Assembly (NCBI RefSeq): GCF_013177435.1
Contig: NZ_CP053627.1
Location: 630,001 to 662,000, forward strand
Length of the DNA stretch: 32,000 nucleotides
Direction: 5' to 3'
From: Xylella taiwanensis
GTDB lineage: Bacteria; Pseudomonadota; Gammaproteobacteria; Xanthomonadales; Xanthomonadaceae
Shown here: in pieces, positions 27,831 to 32,000 of the stretch
Layout of the letters: the number at the start of each line of letters is the position of its first letter
Position numbering within the stretch: position 1 is the first letter of the stretch
Translations under genes and position numbers: made by a program
Notes under the pieces: generated by a model
Seen by the model: the letters and a program-made list of their open reading frames with translations, nothing else
Told to the model about the DNA's origin: nothing
Database searches by the model: none

Positions 27831-29288
27831 ATGAAAAATACCGCACTCTCTGTAGCTGAATCCCAGCTGTTGCTGCCTTCCGGTTTGGATGGCGGCCAAA
27901 TTGATTCTATTTTCGGAACCTTACTCGGACCGGGCGTCGATTTTGGTGACCTGTATTTTCAGCACGCCCGACGTGAGAGTTGGAGTATAGAGGATGGTAT
28001 TGTCAAGGATGGAAATCACTCGATTGAGCAGGGTGTAGGTGTGCGTGCCATTGCCGGTGAGAAGACGGGCTTTGCTTATTCCGATGACATCCACCGCGAA
28101 GCGTTGCTTGAGGCGGCATATGCAGCGCGTGCGATTTCGCGTTCACCTGGGAACGGAGTGCAAGGGACACATGCGTTGTTGCGCAGTCAGGAACGGGCGC
28201 TGTGCTTGTACCCGGCCTTGGATCCGGTAGGTGAGATGGATAACGCTGAGAAGATTGCGGTGATGCGGCGTATCGATCAGTTATTGCGTGCTGCTGATCC
28301 GCGTGTGACCCAGGTGATGGTGAATTTGTCTGGTGGTGTCGATGTGGTGTTGGTGGCGCGCAGTGATGGTGTGCTTGCTGCCGATGTGCGTCCGTTGGTG
28401 CGATTGAACGTGCAGGTGATCGTTGAAGATCATGGTCGCCGTGAATCCGGTTATGCCGGTGGTGGTGGGCGTTATGGGTATGCTGAATTGTTCGCCGATG
28501 GCCGCCCGGACGCGTTTGCACGGGAGGCGCTTCGTCAAGCGTTGGTCAATCTTGAGGCGATCCCTGCTCCCGCTGGTGTCATGCCGGTTGTGCTCGGTGC
28601 TGGCTGGCCTGGTGTGTTGTTGCACGAGGCGGTTGGTCATGGTCTGGAGGGCGATTTCAACCGTAAGGGCACCAGTGTTTATGCTGGTCGTATTGGTGAG
28701 CGCGTCGCTTCGCCTGGGGTAACGATCGTTGACGATGGTACCTTGGATGGCCGTCGTGGTTCCCTCAACATTGACGACGAAGGCACGCCCACCCAATGCA
28801 CCACATTGATTGAAGATGGCGTGTTGGTCGGCTACATGCAGGACACATTGAATGCTCGGTTGATGGGTGTGGCATCGACGGGCAATGGTCGCCGTGAATC
28901 GTTTGCGCACTTGACGATGCCACGCATGACTAATACCTATATGCGTCCTGGTGCACATAGCCGCGAGGAGATGATCCGTTCGGTCAAGAAGGGCCTCTAT
29001 GCAGTCAATTTCGGTGGTGGTCAAGTCGACATTACCAGCGGTAAATACGTGTTTTCGGCGACAGAAGCCTATCTGATTGAGGATGGCCGGGTGACTGCCC
29101 CGATCAAGGGGGCCACGCTGATTGGCAACGGTCCTGAGACGATGCAGCGGGTCCGCATGATTGGCGATGACTTGGCTTTGGATGCGGGGGTGGGTATCTG
29201 TGGCAAAGAGGGACAGAGTATCCCTGTCGGTGTTGGCCAACCCTCGTTACTGATTGATGCATTAACCGTGGGTGGGACCCAGGCATGA
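27831..29288 (+). CDS. tldD: Metalloprotease TldD
   Basis: [14 protein letters not shown]...DFGDLYFQ...[18 protein letters not shown] is collinear with E. coli TldD. The [11 protein letters not shown] zinc motif is present. The start was taken at ATG 27831 rather than the ORF-track start at 27792. Confidence 0.92.
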   Translation: MKNTALSVAESQLLLPSGLDGGQIDSIFGTLLGPGVDFGDLYFQHARRESWSIEDGIVKDGNHSIEQGVGVRAIAGEKTGFAYSDDIHREALLEAAYAARAISRSPGNGVQGTHALLRSQERALCLYPALDPVGEMDNAEKIAVMRRIDQLLRAADPRVTQVMVNLSGGVDVVLVARSDGVLAADVRPLVRLNVQVIVEDHGRRESGYAGGGGRYGYAELFADGRPDAFAREALRQALVNLEAIPAPAGVMPVVLGAGWPGVLLHEAVGHGLEGDFNRKGTSVYAGRIGERVASPGVTIVDDGTLDGRRGSLNIDDEGTPTQCTTLIEDGVLVGYMQDTLNARLMGVASTGNGRRESFAHLTMPRMTNTYMRPGAHSREEMIRSVKKGLYAVNFGGGQVDITSGKYVFSATEAYLIEDGRVTAPIKGATLIGNGPETMQRVRMIGDDLALDAGVGICGKEGQSIPVGVGQPSLLIDALTVGGTQA

Positions 29289-29794
29289 ATGCGGTTAGGA
29301 CGTAAGATGCTCGAAGCGCTTTTGCTGATTCTGCCGCGTGAAGTACTGTCTTTCATTGAATGCTGTTGATTGTTGTTATCGCAATCACAGCAGAGGCAGG
29401 TGTTTCAATCAATGATCGAACAGGAGAGAGGATGTGATTGAAACCAGATACAGCGGAGGTCGCTTTGAGTGAGGTTTGCTTGGCTATCTATAGCCGTTTG
29501 TTGCATGAATGCCTCTTTGGCCTTGGATGGTGTCATTTTTAAATTGCAGCTCTACATTTTGGCAGCACCGCCCTTGGTGATTCAGACTCGGTTGTGTGCT
29601 GCGGTGCAGTGAGATTTTTTTAGAGAGTATGCAAGATGTTGTTGATATTACGTTTCTGATAGTTGCCGGTGGAGCACGGCGAAAATTTTTTTATTCGGGT
29701 CGGTATGGCATTGAAACGGCAATATTTATTCAGCGACCTTTACTCTTGTGCACGAGGTCAAAAGATGGTGTGCATCGCAGTATGATTCGATCGA

Positions 29795-30364
29795 TCATTG
29801 TGCTCCTCGATACTCATCTTCGCTGCTTTGGGTGATGATCAACGCGTGTAGTACTTGGTACAGTTCGCGGAATGCGTGTGGCGGTTTGTTCCTGGTTTGT
29901 TCGGCTTTGGTGTTGCGCAGTAATTGGCGCAGTCTGGCGCAATCTGCCTGTGGATATTCGTCTAACAGTTCAGTGAGCGCGCTGTCACCCTCTTCGAGCA
30001 GGCGTTCTCGCCAGTGTTCGATCCGATGCAGGATTGCAACCTCACGCTGTGCGTGCATGCCGCTGGCATCGAGTTGCTCGCGGATCGCATCAAGTGTTGT
30101 GGGGTCTTCACGTCGCATGTGTTTGGCGAGAAAGGCAAGCTGGCGCTTGCGCGCAATGTGTGATGTGATCCGTTTGGCTTCGGTGATGTGCGGCAGCAGT
30201 GCCTCGGGGATGGGCAGCTTGGCCAGCTGAGCCGGGGTGAGTGCTACCAGCTTCTCGGCGAGTGTTAGTACCTCCAGTGATGTGCGGCGTTGTTGGCTGC
30301 GGCTGGGACTAAGGAATTCGCCGGTTTCTTTATTACATCCACGCATCGCACCATTCTTCCGCAT
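29795..30364 (-). CDS. yjgA: Ribosome-associated DUF615 protein YjgA (DarP)
   Basis: The [16 protein letters not shown]...[60 protein letters not shown] pattern matches E. coli YjgA. It is divergent from pmbA, as in E. coli. The start is uncertain among ATGs at 30364, 30346 and 30433. Confidence 0.8.
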   Translation of the reverse strand: MRKNGAMRGCNKETGEFLSPSRSQQRRTSLEVLTLAEKLVALTPAQLAKLPIPEALLPHITEAKRITSHIARKRQLAFLAKHMRREDPTTLDAIREQLDASGMHAQREVAILHRIEHWRERLLEEGDSALTELLDEYPQADCARLRQLLRNTKAEQTRNKPPHAFRELYQVLHALIITQSSEDEYRGAQ

Positions 30365-30423
30365 TTGAAAATAAACTTTATCGACCGTGTACGTATGCAC
30401 GCTGACTTCAACAGGATAAGACA

Positions 30424-31791
30424 TTGAACGCATGTTCCACAGACCTCCATAGTGTTGTTGACAGCCAGGTGCGTCTGGATGTCCTGGCGGATATTTCCCA
30501 GCGGTTGCTGGAGCGCGCCCGCGCTTGTGGCGCCACCCAGGCCGAAGTGGGGTGTAGTGAGGACCGCGGGTTGGATGTGAACGTGCGTATGGGCGAGGTG
30601 GAGACGGTTGAGTCCACGTGCGATCGCAGCATTGCGGTCACGCTTTATTTCGGCCAGCGTAAGGGCAGTGCCAGTACTGCTGATTTGCAAGAAGCAAGCT
30701 TGGATGCCACGGTCGCCCAAGCGTGCGCTATTGCTCGTTACACCGAGGATGATCCGGCGACCGGGTTGGCTGATCCAGCGCGGATGGCAACGGTATTCCC
30801 AGACCTGGACAGTTGGCACCCGTGGGCCTTGGAGGTCGGTGCTGCGCTGGATCTGGCACTCGCTTGCGAAGCAGCAGGCCGCGCCGCTGATTCGCGTATC
30901 GCCAATTCTGACGGTGCTTCAGTCAGTACTCGTTTTGCTTTGTCTGTCTATGCCAACTCGCATGGTTTTGTCGGCCGCGAGCGCGTGACTCAGCATTCGA
31001 TGAGCTGCGCCTTGATCGCTGGTCAGGGCGATGGCATGCAGCGTGATGGCTGGTATACCCACGCCTTGGCGCGAGAGGATCTGGAGTCGCCGGCCGCAGT
31101 GGGACGTAAGGCGGCCGAGCGCACCGTCGCGCGGTTGCAGCCGCGTTCGCTCACCACGACTCAGTTACCAGTCTTGTTCGTTCCAGAGGTAGCACGTTCG
31201 TTGATTGGTCACCTGATCACCGCGATTTCCGGGGGGGCGTTGTATCGTGGTGCCAGTTTCCTGCTGAACAGTGTTGGGACCCGGTTGTTCCCAGAGTGGT
31301 TTGCGATTGATGAGCGCCCCCATCTGCGCCGTGGGCTTCGCTCGGCGACGTTCGATGCCGAAGGCGTAGCGACGTGCGACGCTCCTCTTGTTGCGGGCGG
31401 AGTATTGCAGCGCTATGTATTGAGCAGCTACTCGGCACGCAAACTTGGCTTGCAGACCACTGCAAATGCAGGCGGTGTGCACAATCTTCAGGTGATGGCC
31501 AATGCGACTGGTCTCGATGCCCTTGTTGTCGGATTGCCGCGTGGCTTGCTGGTGACTGAATTAATGGGCAACGGGGTGAATCCGGTGACCGGTGACTATT
31601 CGCGTGGCGCGGCTGGCTTTTGGATCGAGAATGGGGCGATTGCCTACCCGGTGGATGGTCTGACTATCGCTGGCAACCTGCGTGAGATGTTTGCTGCCAT
31701 TGAGGCGGTGGGAGCCGATGTGGATCGGCGCTCAAACGTAAGCATGGGCTCGTTGCTGATTGGGCGGATGACCGTGGCTGGTAACGATTGA
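30424..31791 (+). CDS. pmbA: Metalloprotease PmbA (TldE)
   Basis: [15 protein letters not shown]...[14 protein letters not shown]...IARYTEDDP is collinear with E. coli PmbA. The start is either TTG 30424 or GTG 30469. Confidence 0.9.
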   Translation: MNACSTDLHSVVDSQVRLDVLADISQRLLERARACGATQAEVGCSEDRGLDVNVRMGEVETVESTCDRSIAVTLYFGQRKGSASTADLQEASLDATVAQACAIARYTEDDPATGLADPARMATVFPDLDSWHPWALEVGAALDLALACEAAGRAADSRIANSDGASVSTRFALSVYANSHGFVGRERVTQHSMSCALIAGQGDGMQRDGWYTHALAREDLESPAAVGRKAAERTVARLQPRSLTTTQLPVLFVPEVARSLIGHLITAISGGALYRGASFLLNSVGTRLFPEWFAIDERPHLRRGLRSATFDAEGVATCDAPLVAGGVLQRYVLSSYSARKLGLQTTANAGGVHNLQVMANATGLDALVVGLPRGLLVTELMGNGVNPVTGDYSRGAAGFWIENGAIAYPVDGLTIAGNLREMFAAIEAVGADVDRRSNVSMGSLLIGRMTVAGND

Positions 31792-32000
31792 TGTCATGTC
31801 GATGTACAGCGTTTGTCTGCGGCAAATGTGGGTCCATTGCATTGCATCGCGTAGATGAAGCAGTGATTGAGTGAGGGAGTATGGCAGCCGCTTTTGAGAG
31901 CAGGATCTGTGCTGGATGGTGCCGTGTGTTGCCACCTTCCCTGACGAGCACATGCTCGTCATCACTGATACCGGCATGGGGTTGGACGCACTGCATTGCC

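Overview
The window looks like a chromosomal segment from a Xanthomonadaceae genome. This is inferred from gene content and order, roughly 55% GC in coding lines, and an rpf cluster without rpfH, which fits Xylella best. No database search was possible. Most of it is conserved housekeeping. Gene order is: recJ (3' end), prfB (with the classical +1 frameshift site), lysS, rpfG-rpfC (+) converging on rpfF (-), which is the DSF quorum-sensing cluster. Next come a fused aspartokinase/diaminopimelate decarboxylase, murL-murD2 (the alternative L-Glu ligase/epimerase route to peptidoglycan D-Glu), and a 3.3 kb gene-poor stretch. That stretch holds a frame-broken coding remnant, a block of about 1.2 kb at 25-37% GC, and tRNA-Leu(CAG) with a near-consensus promoter. 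After it come a Nudix/ThiE-like fusion, metF (-), a 1.17 kb stretch with no convincing gene, a SIMPL/DUF541 periplasmic protein (-), maf-rng-yhdP-tldD (+), yjgA (-) and pmbA (+). I found no CRISPR array, IS element, integrase or recognisable defence system. The least routine parts are the murL-murD2 pair beside the lysine/DAP fusion enzyme, the compact rpf architecture, and the AT-rich gene desert next to the tRNA, which carries a 34-codon hydrophobic ORF. That ORF is only a low-confidence candidate. I do not see evidence for a novel multi-gene system.
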